Below are positions 1 through 8,094 of a stretch of 64,000 nt of DNA, piece after piece (position 1 is the stretch's first letter; each line of letters opens with the position of its first letter). Origin of the DNA: a virus; IMG/VR virus record IMGVR_UViG_3300037524_000649; one strand, written 5' to 3'. The position numbers and the translations under genes are program-made. The notes beneath the pieces were generated by a model, which saw only the letters and a program-made list of their open reading frames with translations, had not been told where the DNA came from and made no database searches.

Positions 1-36
1 CGACCTTTTGCGGGTCTGTCTCTCTGTAATATTCGC

Positions 37-210
37 TCATTTCTCCTCCGTCGCTTTCTTTGCTGTGCGGACAAGTTCTTGCAATTCGCCTGGGTCGTCA
101 TCTTGGAGCCAGTGCGTCAGTACTCTGTTGAGCATTTTGCGCAGCCGCTCGATCTCGGCTCGCATTTCGGCAACTTCTTGCCGCTTGATCTCATCCCAGG
201 TTTCACTCAT
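37..210 (-). CDS. small hypothetical protein (57 aa, MSETWDEIKRQEV...)
   Basis: Hand-translated ORF below the track cutoff. It overlaps the neighbouring start and stop codons as expected in a coupled operon. Confidence 0.6.
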   Translation of the reverse strand: MSETWDEIKRQEVAEMRAEIERLRKMLNRVLTHWLQDDDPGELQELVRTAKKATEEK

Positions 211-598
211 AACCCACCGCCTCCCTAGAAGCGTCTATCGCTTTGTCGGCTTCATCTAGCGAAAGAACCTCCAGGTTCCCGTTCACTATGTAGACGCCCA
301 AACCACCAATGTCTTGGCGAATGAACCTGTATCTGGCGGCATCTATGCGCAGCCGCTCGATTTCTATGTAGAGCTGGTATAGCTGGTCGCGCAGTACTTC
401 GATCTCGGTTTTTTGTTTGAATATGTGGACGGCGTCTCTTTCGAAGGCGCTGTGGTACTGTTCTACCCGGTTTTTCTCGAGGGTGAGCTGGCGCTCTAGT
501 CGGTGCAGCTCTTCCGCTGCAGCAACGTAGCTGGTCCAGATACCGTCTGGGTCGAGCTTCATGCCGTCGGTTGTGGTGTGCTTGAAGCGAGCTAGCAT
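203..598 (-). CDS. hypothetical coiled-coil protein (MLARFKHTT...)
   Basis: 3' part of ORF 203..844. The ATG at 598 overlaps the upstream stop (TGATG). Confidence 0.65.
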   Translation of the reverse strand: MLARFKHTTTDGMKLDPDGIWTSYVAAAEELHRLERQLTLEKNRVEQYHSAFERDAVHIFKQKTEIEVLRDQLYQLYIEIERLRIDAARYRFIRQDIGGLGVYIVNGNLEVLSLDEADKAIDASREAVGYE

Positions 599-879
599 CA
601 GATCACCGCCCGCAGCGCAGCGCGCAGCTCTTCGCACTGGTAGCTGAGAATGACCTTTTCTTTCACGGCGTCCCACACGTAGGCGGCTTGCTCGGGTGTG
701 AGTGGCGTCGGCGTGTGCTGGTCGATGAGCATTGCACGCTTGTTGAACGTGAACGTGCCTTCGCAGCAGTCCTGTACGACCGTAGCGAGGACCTCCCAGT
801 TCTTTTCGGTCGTCGTCCAGCCGGGCAGGATGATGCAGCCGCACTGGGCGCGGTAGAGGCTGGGTGTGTTGGGGTCCAT
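598..879 (-). CDS. hypothetical protein (MDPNTPSLYRAQCGC...)
   Basis: ORF 598..891, with the ATG at 879 coupled to the upstream stop. Confidence 0.6.
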   Translation of the reverse strand: MDPNTPSLYRAQCGCIILPGWTTTEKNWEVLATVVQDCCEGTFTFNKRAMLIDQHTPTPLTPEQAAYVWDAVKEKVILSYQCEELRAALRAVI

Positions 880-1196
880 CACTCGCTCCATTCCCAGTAC
901 CAGATGTTGCCGTCGCTCATCTCAGCCTCTTCGCCTTTCGGCAGGAGCGTCACGAGGAATTTCAGTTCTGCAATCGCATTGGCTTTTGTTTGTTCGCAGC
1001 CCCACGTCGTGTATGGAGATCCGTAGCAGTAGGTGTCCATGGTTTCGATCGCGACGGGACAGCCTATACAGTCGTCGGTCCAGAACAGGCCGCAGAGTGG
1101 GCAGTTGTTGATGCCGTCATCCATGCCGCTGTGGTAGGCGATGTCGTGCCACTTCTGGATAGAGCCTTTCAGGGCGATCAGTGTGGCTTTGTTCAT
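879..1196 (-). CDS. small Cys-rich phage protein (CPLC...CxGCP...C)
   Basis: ORF track. The Cys pattern suggests metal binding. Confidence 0.65.
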   Translation of the reverse strand: MNKATLIALKGSIQKWHDIAYHSGMDDGINNCPLCGLFWTDDCIGCPVAIETMDTYCYGSPYTTWGCEQTKANAIAELKFLVTLLPKGEEAEMSDGNIWYWEWSE

Positions 1197-1306
1197 CGCC
1201 GGATCCCCAGGACCACGATCATGGCGAGCAGGGCAAGGGCGAAGGGAAGCAGAGCACCGACGACGCCGGTGATCTGGATAAGGTCGTTGAGGGTGTCAGG
1301 GTGCAT
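1193..1306 (-). CDS. 37-aa single-pass membrane protein (MHPDTLNDLIQITGVVGALLPFALALLAMIVVLGIRR)
   Basis: Hand-translated. Hydrophobic stretch, AGGAG RBS and ATGA overlap with the next gene. Confidence 0.55.
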   Translation of the reverse strand: MHPDTLNDLIQITGVVGALLPFALALLAMIVVLGIRR

Positions 1307-1526
1307 CGGTTGTTCTCCTTTCGTTTTCTTCTGGGGCGGTGGGCGTGACTCGCACGCCGGCCTCGCAGAAACGACGCCAGTGGGGCACGATCTTGGCCGG
1401 CATGAAGTCCTCGGCGAAGCGGATCAACGCGGCCTGCTGGTAGATCCTGTCGATGAGCATCTCGGCCAGCATGCGGTCGCTGTACCACCAGGCATGGGTC
1501 TTGGCGCGGTCGAGGAGGTCATTCAT
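1296..1526 (-). CDS. hypothetical protein
   Basis: ORF track. Coupled to its neighbours. Confidence 0.55.
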   Translation of the reverse strand: MNDLLDRAKTHAWWYSDRMLAEMLIDRIYQQAALIRFAEDFMPAKIVPHWRRFCEAGVRVTPTAPEENERRTTDAP

Positions 1527-1734
1527 CGATGTAGTACTCCGGTTCGGGGGCGGGCTCGAAGTCGTAGGTGGGCTCGGCGTCTTCTTCCAGCCAGATAGAC
1601 CACTTGGCTTGGGTCTTGGGGTCAGCCCAGGAGTGCTGGAGGTACTTGAGGGCCTGGCGGAAGCCGTCGAAGTCGATGGCGTCGACTTGGTATGGGATCG
1701 TGTAGGTGATCGTGCCTCGGTAGGACTTGTTCAC
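1519..1734 (-). CDS. hypothetical protein
   Basis: ORF track. GAGG RBS, and it lies downstream of a GCAGCCCC promoter motif. Confidence 0.6.
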   Translation of the reverse strand: MNKSYRGTITYTIPYQVDAIDFDGFRQALKYLQHSWADPKTQAKWSIWLEEDAEPTYDFEPAPEPEYYIDE

Positions 1735-1765
1735 GGTTGCCTCGTGCTGGGTGCGAAGTGCGAGG

Positions 1766-1793
1766 AGCTTGGTACTGGGTGGGGTGGGGCTGC
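1766..1793 (-). promoter_or_regulatory. GCAGCCCC-box promoter (box-N14-CAAGCT)
   Basis: Intergenic, sense orientation, matches the genome-wide motif. Confidence 0.55.
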
Positions 1794-1811
1794 ACTGGGA
1801 GCGGAGGTGAC

Positions 1812-1909
1812 CAGTGCTCAGTGCTCAGCACTCAGTGCTCGGTGCTCGGTACTCGGTACTCGGTACTAGGTACTCGGTACTAGGTACTCGGTACTAGGTG
1901 CTCGGTACT
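1812..1909. repeat. tandem array of 14 heptamers (C/A)(A/G)G(T/C)(A/G)CT, e.g. CGGTACT/AGGTACT/CAGTGCT
   Basis: Read directly from the sequence. Confidence 0.9.
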
Positions 1910-1939
1910 GCGGAGGGCCAGCGCACGCTCGAACGGCGG

Positions 1940-2370
1940 TTGGCGTTACGATCTTGAGGGGCTTGTTACGATCCACTAAAACAGTCGGGAATACCTAAGC
2001 CTTTGATTTATAAACTGGTATTTTACCTGTTACGATTGTTACGATATTTAAGTACTTTTACTTGTAGACACACCGCAAATTAGCTTTTAGCTACTTTGGG
2101 GGTTTTTCGGGGAATTTCCCCCGGCGGCAGGCGGTGGGGTGGGTGCACTCAGCAGCGCACACAAAACACTCCACAGCGAAAACAGGAAAAATATCGTAAC
2201 ACTTTGGGGCAAAAACAGGGTCGAAAAGGCTTATAGATCAGGGGTTTAGGGTCGTTTTAGGAATTAAAGTATATCGTAACAAACCGCGTAAGCCCTTGAT
2301 TTATAAGGGCCTCTTGTTACGATCTTTCTCCAAAGATCGTAACAGTGGGCCCAAAGATCGTAACGTTTCC
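1940..2370. other. AT-rich non-coding region with 9 GTTACGAT/ATCGTAAC motifs; putative replication origin
   Basis: Motif copies at about 1945, 1965, 2029, 2038, 2193, 2273, 2316, 2336 and 2357, in both orientations. TAAGCC(T/C)TTGATTTATAA occurs twice. No plausible ORF. Confidence 0.6.
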
Positions 2371-2380
2371 TGCCATTTTG

Positions 2381-2941
2381 TCAGTTTGGGTGCAGAATCT
2401 GGTGGCAGTGCTGCACCATGAGGGCCTGGCGGATGGCGTCGTCCAGGGCGTTGTGCGCGGTGCCGACGCCGATTTTGGGTTCGTTCCCTTCGGGGTAGGC
2501 TAGCTCGGTGGCGGTTCGGACGTCCCGGCTGTTCCAGAATTTGAAGGGCCAAACTTCATTCAGCTGGTCGAAGGCGTGTTTCAGGATGACCACGTCGAAC
2601 TCTGGGCTCTTGGCCCAGACTCGGTCGGCGCGGGGGGTAAGGTTGCTGGCCCACATGCGGAAGGTCAGGATGGCGGTGCGCAGGGCCAGCTCAGCCTGGA
2701 GGAGTTCGTTCCTGGCGGAGTCGGTCTGCCCCAGCCACCACTTCACGGTGCCGGCGCTCATGGTCCGCCCTTGGGCGGTGTTCGAGTCCAGGCTGATCCG
2801 GGCATAGAAGGTTCGTTCGGGGGTCCGAAGGGTCTCCTCGGTGTCCTGGCCGAATGGGTCGAAGTGCACGGCACCGATTGTTAGGATCGCCGCACTTGGT
2901 GCGACATCCATTGTCTCTAGGTCGAGCATCACGGCATTCAT
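2381..2941 (-). CDS. DEDDh 3'-5' exonuclease (Rv2179c / exonuclease VIII-like)
   Basis: Motifs MLDLET, WAKSPEFD and HNALDDA. The start at 2941 is favoured over 3013 because a promoter motif lies between them. Confidence 0.85.
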   Translation of the reverse strand: MNAVMLDLETMDVAPSAAILTIGAVHFDPFGQDTEETLRTPERTFYARISLDSNTAQGRTMSAGTVKWWLGQTDSARNELLQAELALRTAILTFRMWASNLTPRADRVWAKSPEFDVVILKHAFDQLNEVWPFKFWNSRDVRTATELAYPEGNEPKIGVGTAHNALDDAIRQALMVQHCHQILHPN

Positions 2942-2977
2942 TGGGGGGTAGACCCTTCTGCTGCGGGGGGAACCCGC

Positions 2978-3004
2978 AGTTTGCCGTGGCGGTTTCGGGG
3001 CTGC
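2978..3004 (-). promoter_or_regulatory. GCAGCCCC-box promoter (box-N13-CAAACT)
   Basis: About 30 nt upstream of the exonuclease ATG at 2941. Confidence 0.6.
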
Positions 3005-3019
3005 CTTGGTCATGGGCGT

Positions 3020-3409
3020 CTACCTGTTGAGCATGTCGATGCCGTGCTTGTGTGCCTCGTACCAGACGTCGTCGGAGCTTGATGTGAGCATTAAGTCTTT
3101 GGTGATGATGAAGCCGCCGCCACCAGCCTCGTTGATTCGTGGCTTGCTGCAGTAGGTCGCCCACGACATGAAGATGCCGCCGTCGATGTCGAAGTGTCGT
3201 AGGTAGGCTTGGATGAAGTCTGCGGCTAGATCTGGAGTGCCGAATTCTTCTGTGTGCAGCCAGACGCCGTCTTCACGGAGGTCGATGGGGAAGTCGAGTT
3301 CATCTTGTGGGTCGGGGCAGGAGTAGTTTTCGATGAAGTTGGCTACTTCCGCGGCATTTGTTTCTGGTGGCGGTAGCAGAACGCTGAATTCGAGGTAGTG
3401 GTTGGCCAT
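3020..3409 (-). CDS. hypothetical protein
   Basis: ORF track. AGGAG RBS. Confidence 0.7.
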   Translation of the reverse strand: MANHYLEFSVLLPPPETNAAEVANFIENYSCPDPQDELDFPIDLREDGVWLHTEEFGTPDLAADFIQAYLRHFDIDGGIFMSWATYCSKPRINEAGGGGFIITKDLMLTSSSDDVWYEAHKHGIDMLNR

Positions 3410-3424
3410 GTGGTGGGCTCCTGG

Positions 3425-5230
3425 TTATTTGCTGTAGTTGGTTGCGTAGCCGCCCTCGGCTGCGAGCGGTAAGTCCGGTGCCCAGGTCGGTGGCTCGCTG
3501 AAGATGCAGAGCATGGCGTTGAGTACGAAGTCTGCTGCCCAGCGAGGGCAAATGCCGATGCCTTCGTCGTGCGTGGAGCTGACAAGCTGGAAGCCGGTGT
3601 GTTCGTGTAACCAGTTCTCGGTAGCTAGCATCTGTTCAGCGACGATGATGCGGGCCAGGGCCTGTACGATGTTTTCGAGCAGCAGTGCACCGTACAGTTT
3701 GGTCCTCCCCTCGGTTGTCTCGTAGCTCCAGTTGCCCTGTTCGTCGATGTCGAGCTTGGGGTACTGGAGCGCCATGCCGTTGGGTAGCAGGCACTCCCCG
3801 GGAATGAACTTGACGCATTTCCAGACCAGGGGTTCTGGGTTCTTGCCGTGCATGTAGGTGATGGCAGTGTCGTTCAGCCACTTCCACTTCGCTTTGATGT
3901 TGTTATGGCCGGTGCGGTATTTGGTTACGGCTGCCCGAGACTCGTCTTGGGTCAGGACTACGGGCGGCGTTCCCATGATTCCGATGGCAGCCTGGGTTCG
4001 GAACTTGTCGTCTCCCATACCGTAGCCCAGGGCGAGTTCGAGCGCTTTTCCGAAGAACCGCTCTGGCATCTTCTTGGTGACGTGGTAGCCGAAGTGCTCC
4101 GTTGCGGTGTGGCTGTAGATGTCGTCGCCGTTACGCAGGATCTTGAGCGATGATTCCTGGTTGCAGAACCAGGCGTTGACGCGCAGCTCGATCTGCGAGC
4201 TGTCCGCGACAACGACGACCTGACCTTCGGGCGCTTCGATTGCCAGGCGTGTGGCGGACTTGCGCTCCAGGTTCTGGACGTTGAGCCCGCCGGCTCCTGA
4301 CCAACGTCCCGTGTGCGCCCCGTAGTAGTTGAGGGGCATCACGATGGTTGGTTTGGTTTCCGTCGCGGCTAGAAACCGCTGGATTCTGCTAATGGTGGTG
4401 TTGCTGTTGGCGGCGATGCGTCCGTTCCAAATGTGCCGGTGTTCTGGGTGGTCGGCAATCAGGCGCACGAACTGGAGGTCGTTCTTGGCCAGCGCGTACG
4501 CGGTGTCGCCTTTTGGGTTGGTCTTGGTTGGCGGTTCGATTCCCAGCGAGCGGACAATTTCCGGGAACTGCTTCGCGCTGCGTAGCTCGGTCGCGCTGTA
4601 GCCGCTGGCAGCGATCGTGTCCGCGCGGCGTTTGGTTTCCTGCGCCAGGGCAGAGTGGAGGAGTGCGCGGTTTACTCGTAGCGCGTCCACTGTGCCCCAG
4701 CGGATGGTCATGGACATTAGATCTCGCTCGACTGTCGGCAGTGAAGGGTATAGGGCCTGCAGTACGCCGTAGGTTAGCTCGATGTCGTTCTGCGAGTACG
4801 CTGCGATTTGATCCATGATGTCGGGCGGCAGATCGATTAGCCCCTTGGCTAGTTCGAGTTCCTTGCCCTTGGTGCCTAGCTTCAGAAACTGGGCGAGTGT
4901 GGCGAGATCAGATGCAAGGTTGGGTGGCAACAGCGCGCGGGCGAGCCCCACGGTGTCGACCCAGGTGGCGGGCTTGCACCCATAGATCTCGTGGAGAACG
5001 AGGCCGTCGAACAAGGCGTTGTGGGCATACGCCGTGATGTCCGACCAGGGGAAGTCGCGCAGCGCGCATTTCAGCTCGCTGTCGTTTAGCCAGAATGCCG
5101 GGGTGTCGTTGATCTTCAGCGCGGCACCGTGGACCTTGAACCGTGGATCTCGCACATAGAGGAGTGGGGGCAGGGTCTTTAGGGTGAATTTCGGGGCGAA
5201 GTACGTCTCGAAGTCGATGCCGAGCAGCAT
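3425..5230 (-). CDS. family A DNA polymerase with N-terminal 3'-5' exonuclease (Leu762 type)
   Basis: ExoI GIDFET, ExoII HNALFD, motif A ADSSQIELR, motif B RFFGKALELALGYG and motif C THDE. Confidence 0.93.
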   Translation of the reverse strand: MLLGIDFETYFAPKFTLKTLPPLLYVRDPRFKVHGAALKINDTPAFWLNDSELKCALRDFPWSDITAYAHNALFDGLVLHEIYGCKPATWVDTVGLARALLPPNLASDLATLAQFLKLGTKGKELELAKGLIDLPPDIMDQIAAYSQNDIELTYGVLQALYPSLPTVERDLMSMTIRWGTVDALRVNRALLHSALAQETKRRADTIAASGYSATELRSAKQFPEIVRSLGIEPPTKTNPKGDTAYALAKNDLQFVRLIADHPEHRHIWNGRIAANSNTTISRIQRFLAATETKPTIVMPLNYYGAHTGRWSGAGGLNVQNLERKSATRLAIEAPEGQVVVVADSSQIELRVNAWFCNQESSLKILRNGDDIYSHTATEHFGYHVTKKMPERFFGKALELALGYGMGDDKFRTQAAIGIMGTPPVVLTQDESRAAVTKYRTGHNNIKAKWKWLNDTAITYMHGKNPEPLVWKCVKFIPGECLLPNGMALQYPKLDIDEQGNWSYETTEGRTKLYGALLLENIVQALARIIVAEQMLATENWLHEHTGFQLVSSTHDEGIGICPRWAADFVLNAMLCIFSEPPTWAPDLPLAAEGGYATNYSK

Positions 5231-5240
5231 GGCAGAGTCC

Positions 5241-5561
5241 TTAGTAGTAGTTGTTGCTCTCGTTTCGCACCTCGTCGTTGTCGTCGTCATAGTCGACCGG
5301 GGAGAGTGTGTCGATGTCGCGGTAGGTCTTTTCATACACGGCGCGGCATTCTTCGACGAAGGCGAGTGCGGAGCGCAGATCGATCTTGAGCAGATCGCGG
5401 GTCCACCGGATGCAGCTCACCTTGTTGACCGATGGATTCCCCATGAGGCGCATGAGTTCGCCCACCTGGTAATCACCCATGGCGACGTTGAACTCGACCT
5501 CGCCGCGGGCGTTGTTGATCTTGATGTTGGTCTGAACGATGGGGTTGATCGCGAAGGACAT
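5241..5561 (-). CDS. hypothetical protein
   Basis: ORF track. AAGGAG RBS before the ATG at 5561. Confidence 0.65.
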   Translation of the reverse strand: MSFAINPIVQTNIKINNARGEVEFNVAMGDYQVGELMRLMGNPSVNKVSCIRWTRDLLKIDLRSALAFVEECRAVYEKTYRDIDTLSPVDYDDDNDEVRNESNNYY

Positions 5562-5590
5562 GGTGACTCCTTGGTTGTGCACCGGTGGGT

Positions 5591-5618
5591 GTTATGCCCC
5601 GGACGCGCCCGGGGCTGC
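5591..5618 (-). promoter_or_regulatory. GCAGCCCC-box promoter (box-N14-CATAAC)
   Basis: Intergenic, downstream of a terminator and upstream of the polymerase operon. The last base of the -10 hexamer deviates from consensus. Confidence 0.55.
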
Positions 5619-5732
5619 GCGAGTGAGTTGTGGCTTGGCTGCGTTGTGCCTGGTGTCGTTGTCTCCTTGTGGGCCCGCACCCCATGTAAGCTCCTAGCCC
5701 GTGCGTAGGGTGGGTTCCGCTAACGGGCTGGC

Positions 5733-5768
5733 AAAAAGGGGGCCCGAGAGCCGAAGCCCCCGGGCCCC
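5733..5768 (-). terminator. Rho-independent terminator
   Basis: GGGGCCCG...CGGGCCCC stem followed by a T-run on the - strand, just after gene 5775..6701. Confidence 0.8.
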
Positions 5769-5774
5769 TATCGG

Positions 5775-6701
5775 TTACCCGCCGCGCAGGTTAACCATGA
5801 GCGCGTCGAACTCGTCGTCACCGAGGCTGCCGTTCTCGTGCGCGGCCTCGAGTGCGGCGACCTGGTCCTCGTAGGAGGGAACCAGGCTGTCGTGCTCGTT
5901 GACGTCGAACTCCACCGTGCTCGCGTCGACGTCGTGCACCGGCTCCTCCTGCGCGGGCTCCTCCTGCGCCGGCAGCTGCCGATCGGCGCGCTCTTCGCAC
6001 GCCTTGAGCAGCAGCAGGGTCGCGCGCGCCTCAGCGAGGTTATTGCTATTGCGCACCGCCTGCAGCCGCGCCGACTTCAGGCTGTCGAGGTACATGTCCT
6101 TGAAGTCCTCCGGCGTGTAGTGCGGGTCCGGCTGGGTCTTGCCGATGACCTGCATCGCCTTGGCAGCGGTGGTCAGGATCCACTGCACCTGGCCCTGCCC
6201 CTTGGCCGCCCTGGCCTTGCGGATTTCCCCGATGGGCAGGCCCGACTCCGCCGCGAGCGCGGTGATCATTGCCTCGTCGTTGGCGTTCTTGGCTGCCTGC
6301 TCGGCCCGCCACTTGAAGTGCTCGACGAAGCTGCCGACCTTCACGCCGCGCTGCTTGAGCAAATTGCGTGCGTGGAGGAAACCGGCGATGGCCTGCTCGT
6401 GGGTTTCGTTGCTGCCGAACTCGCCCTCGACCTCGGCCCCGAGCGCGTCGAGCTGGGACATCATTTCGCTGAACTTGTCGATGCCGTCGAGGCCCTCCTT
6501 CACTTCGCCGGTGTCGGTGTCGATCAAGGGCCGCTCCAGCGCGGTGATGCTGGCGATGGCGTGCTTGGCGATAGCCGCCGTGAGCTTGCCGCCGAGGGAG
6601 AAGCCGTAGCTCCCGGCACGCCCGTTCACGACGTCGTCCGGGTCGTCCAGGACGATGTTGGTATCGAAGGAGTACTTGGTGTTGTTGGTCTGCGTGTGCA
6701 T
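5775..6701 (-). CDS. probably abundant early protein, acidic C-terminus with SHOCT-like end
   Basis: Very strong C/G-ending codon bias, AGGAG RBS and its own terminator. Confidence 0.8.
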   Translation of the reverse strand: MHTQTNNTKYSFDTNIVLDDPDDVVNGRAGSYGFSLGGKLTAAIAKHAIASITALERPLIDTDTGEVKEGLDGIDKFSEMMSQLDALGAEVEGEFGSNETHEQAIAGFLHARNLLKQRGVKVGSFVEHFKWRAEQAAKNANDEAMITALAAESGLPIGEIRKARAAKGQGQVQWILTTAAKAMQVIGKTQPDPHYTPEDFKDMYLDSLKSARLQAVRNSNNLAEARATLLLLKACEERADRQLPAQEEPAQEEPVHDVDASTVEFDVNEHDSLVPSYEDQVAALEAAHENGSLGDDEFDALMVNLRGG

Positions 6702-6735
6702 TGTTTGCTCCTGGTGTGTTGGTGTGGGTGTCGGG

Positions 6736-6945
6736 TCAGCCACGGAAGCTGACCTGGTCGTCGAACGCTCCCGACTGGAGACGGCGTTCAACGGTGACCT
6801 CGTATGCCGAGAGGTCTTCGGCTAGGCCGTGGATGATGTCCTTGGCCAGTTTATGGGCGCGCGCCCTGGCATCTCGCCGGGTGTTGCCACCCACGAAGCG
6901 CAGGACGCGGCCGTCTTTGCGGGTGATGCGGTAGAGCGTTCTCAT
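6736..6945 (-). CDS. hypothetical basic protein
   Basis: ORF track. Confidence 0.55.
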   Translation of the reverse strand: MRTLYRITRKDGRVLRFVGGNTRRDARARAHKLAKDIIHGLAEDLSAYEVTVERRLQSGAFDDQVSFRG

Positions 6946-6953
6946 CCTTGTGA

Positions 6954-7064
6954 CTAGCTCCTGAAGATGAAGGCAATGAAGGTGAACGCGCCGAAAATGG
7001 CGATCATCAGTTCCTCAATGGCGGCCTGATCGCCGTTCCATACGCGGTTGAGCCAGGCTTTCAT
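6954..7064 (-). CDS. 36-aa membrane protein (MKAWLNRVWNGDQAAIEELMIAIFGAFTFIAFIFRS)
   Basis: AGGAGGA RBS and hydrophobic C-terminus. Confidence 0.6.
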   Translation of the reverse strand: MKAWLNRVWNGDQAAIEELMIAIFGAFTFIAFIFRS

Positions 7065-7078
7065 GGGGCAAATCCTCC

Positions 7079-7149
7079 TGTTGCAAAATGCAACGGCTAG
7101 GAAGTAAATTCTCCCTAGCCTTGTCGGCGGGTTGTTGCAAAATGCAACA
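7079..7149. promoter_or_regulatory. two palindromic operator-like sites GTTGCAAAATGCAAC flanking an inverted repeat
   Basis: Identical 15-bp palindromes at 7080-7094 and 7134-7148, with GGCTAGG...CCTAGCC between them. Confidence 0.7.
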
Positions 7150-7150
7150 C

Positions 7151-7363
7151 TCAGCGGGTCGTCCACCACGGCAGCGAGTCCCGCCACCCCGTCCGTTGCC
7201 GCCCCACAACCTCCTGCACCCACCCCGGCGTCCTGGCCGTAGTAGCTGCGACCCGAGTAGCCACGTACTGGGCTTCCTCGTAATCACCGCCGAACACCTC
7301 AGCAACGAGTTGCTGAGTACGCGGGCTGAGCCCCACTCGCCGCATCGTGTTGTTCGTTTCCAT
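7151..7363 (-). CDS. hypothetical protein
   Basis: ORF track. GGAG upstream of the ATG. Confidence 0.4.
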   Translation of the reverse strand: METNNTMRRVGLSPRTQQLVAEVFGGDYEEAQYVATRVAATTARTPGWVQEVVGRQRTGWRDSLPWWTTR

Positions 7364-7410
7364 CGCTGTACTCCGTCACTGATTCGGAACACCCGAACCT
7401 TCGCTAATCG

Positions 7411-7425
7411 CTTCATGCCGAAGGC
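7411..7425 (-). repeat. 15-bp leader repeat GCCTTCGGCATGAAG, copy 1
   Basis: Identical to 8080..8094. Confidence 0.75.
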
Positions 7426-7483
7426 ACCGAGCCGCAGCACCCTCGTGCTCTCACGGCCACCGGGGGTTTGCTAGCGGGCAGGC

Positions 7484-7526
7484 AAAAAGAAAGCCCTTAG
7501 CACCGCGTGCGCAGTGCCAAGGGCTT
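7484..7526 (-). terminator. Rho-independent terminator
   Basis: AAGCCCTT.GCAC/GTGC.AAGGGCTT stem followed by TCTTTTT on the - strand. Confidence 0.75.
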
Positions 7527-7530
7527 GGAC

Positions 7531-7710
7531 CTAGTTGGTGAGCAGGGCGGCAACCATCGCCGCCAGCCCACCCACGATCGCCTTGACCGAAGCCTCGACG
7601 AAGAACGCGGGATCAAACCCGCCGAAAGCCACCAGGCCGAAGCCCAGCAGCCAGAGCGTGGTGCCGACCACCACAGCGAGCAACCCGCAGTGTGCAAGAA
7701 AGCTAGACAT
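7531..7710 (-). CDS. small membrane protein (two hydrophobic segments)
   Basis: GGAGG RBS and hydrophobic sequence. Confidence 0.65.
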   Translation of the reverse strand: MSSFLAHCGLLAVVVGTTLWLLGFGLVAFGGFDPAFFVEASVKAIVGGLAAMVAALLTN

Positions 7711-7721
7711 AACCACCTCCG

Positions 7722-8024
7722 TTACGCCTTGGCACTACGTGCGCGGCGCTTGGTTTCCAATGCCTCCAACCTGGCGTTCAGCCCGTCGAGGACGTGGTTT
7801 ATCTTGGACAGAGCGTTGAGGATCTGTTCACGCTCTTCGGCCTGCGCCGACTGCACCGGCGTGCGGTTCGTGGACTGGGCGCGTGCGACGGCACCCACGG
7901 TCCAGAACTTGCCATCGTCGCGAACGACGTCGACCGGACGCTGCAGCGCGATGGCTGCAGCCTTGGCGGCCGCCCAAGAGTCGAACGAAGAAGCGATACC
8001 GGCGATGGTGAAGGAGTGCGACAT
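7722..8024 (-). CDS. hypothetical protein, first gene of the leftward early unit
   Basis: GAGG RBS. ORF track 7722..8042. Confidence 0.65.
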   Translation of the reverse strand: MSHSFTIAGIASSFDSWAAAKAAAIALQRPVDVVRDDGKFWTVGAVARAQSTNRTPVQSAQAEEREQILNALSKINHVLDGLNARLEALETKRRARSAKA

Positions 8025-8079
8025 GACTGTTACCTCGTACAAAGTGCAGAGCGCGGAAGGGCGCCTGCTTCGACCAAGA

Positions 8080-8094
8080 CTTCATGCCGAAGGC
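8080..8094 (-). repeat. 15-bp leader repeat GCCTTCGGCATGAAG, copy 2
   Basis: Identical to 7411..7425. Confidence 0.75.

Noticed and set aside
996-1003. GCAGCCCC copy at 996 (+) and at 26485 (-) as promoters
   Set aside because: Antisense to the local genes, inside coding sequence, and lacking nAnnnT at 13-14 nt. These serve as negative controls.
1812-1909. CRISPR array or coding repeat
   Set aside because: 7-bp units with no spacers and no cas genes. The overlapping ORFs (1622..1831, 1453..1869) look spurious.
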